A DNA stretch of 64,000 bases from Bispira polyomma (taxonomy: Eukaryota). Numbering within the stretch: the first letter of the stretch is position 1; the number at the start of each line of letters is the position of its first letter. Below are positions 62,931 through 64,000 of this stretch, one piece after another. Location of the stretch: contig OZ287759.1 of the NCBI GenBank assembly GCA_965649765.1, forward strand, positions 11,966,001 to 12,030,000. The letters are read 5' to 3'. The notes beneath the pieces were generated by a model that did not search any database, had not been told where the DNA came from, and saw nothing but the letters and a program-made list of their open reading frames with translations. A program made the translations under genes and the position numbers.

Positions 62931-64000
62931 TTGAGTTTTTTTTACTACTATGCCCTACATTCAGCAAGGCATTTGACATATGATTGAAATATCTGCTGTG
63001 ATAAAGTAGAAGTACAAACATAGTAGTTACAGTGATTATGACGATGACAATGAAAACATGGTGCCATCTCAAAATATCAGCATTTGCCTGTTTCTCCCAT
63101 TCTAAGATGAGGAACTTGAAGAATGATGTTTTAAACACATCAACACAAAAAACACAACACTACATATCCTGATTAAACTAATGGATAATTTATTCACCGA
63201 AAATAGAAGAGGACTATATTTCGATTATAAAGGCGATCAATTATGCTACTTCCTTTGACCAAAAAAAATCTTGTTTTGAGACTATTTTCCCAAATTCCAC
63301 CATCCTGGCATCTAATATTTTCCCAAAAAATGAACATGTAGAACTGGTGCCTATAATGTGGCCCAGAGCCCTGTCATATGGGGAAAAAGCAGGATATTCT
63401 TGGCACCTATTGTGAAGTATAGGCTCAGTAGCAAAAAAAAACAGGGTTGTAAGTTGTTTTGTAAAAGGGTAAAACTAACATTATAATTACTGAAATATTT
63501 GACTTCATTTTTATTGTAAAAACATACTACATAAGTTTCTGAATTATACGAGACCCTGTTATTAATGCAGATGTTACATTCTAGCTCCTAATCAAGTGTA
63601 GATAAGGCCAAACTGATTACAAGACAATAACAGGATATGTGATAAGATAAGCTATGGCAAAGATAGTACTGGCTAGTTACGTGAATATATGAACTGATCA
63701 ACAATATACATTTGTCACTGAAACTTACCTTAGTGTAATACATTATAAGGTAATTTGCATTAATTATAAATTAAGTGGTGATTTCTAAGTGGCGAGTTTT
63801 TGTCTCCAAAATAATGAATTGGTGCCTTTAATGTAGTCCATAGCCATGTCACTTATTTGTTATTATTTACAGAAATTCTATGTAGCTTTTTGCACTCTAC
63901 TAGAAACTGTTATCAATGCAGATGTTACATTCTAACTCCCTTCAATATGCAATATTTAACTCTATATCAACTGCAGATAGTACTGCCTAGTTCCTTACGT

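Noticed and set aside
63555-64000. ~350-bp-spaced direct repeats at the window end
   Set aside because: Truncated by the window edge; cannot be classified.

Overview
AT-rich, intron-containing animal DNA (invertebrate-like; taxon not determinable here), dominated by transposable elements. Host genes: (i) exon 1 of a retinol saturase (RETSAT) homologue on the minus strand (8741-8948), whose first intron runs off the left end and is filled with nested TEs; (ii) a tandem cluster of three 9-coding-exon plus-strand genes (A 21871-27422, B 31308-36927, C 40518-52882). These encode ~755-760 aa predicted secreted proteins: signal peptide, an IgGFc-binding (FCGBP N-terminal-like) domain, then two copies of a ~155-aa Cys-containing module I cannot name. 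A and B come from a recent segmental duplication; C is older. Mobile elements: a near-intact APE-RT LINE, decayed CR1, L2 and Gypsy fragments, two tyrosine-recombinase (Ngaro/DIRS-group) retrotransposons, Harbinger, Tc1 and Academ remnants, several MITEs, a Helentron-type HINE and tRNA-derived SINEs. Most notable: (1) both divergent YR retrotransposons have a phase-1 splice donor at the same gag codon and an in-frame acceptor just before the YR frame, predicting a spliced Gag-YR fusion; (2) the secreted gene family with a novel duplicated module and clustered amino-acid variation; (3) intronic minisatellites whose units copy the adjacent exon-intron junction. Exon models were derived by hand from paralogue comparison and splice phases, without transcript data.
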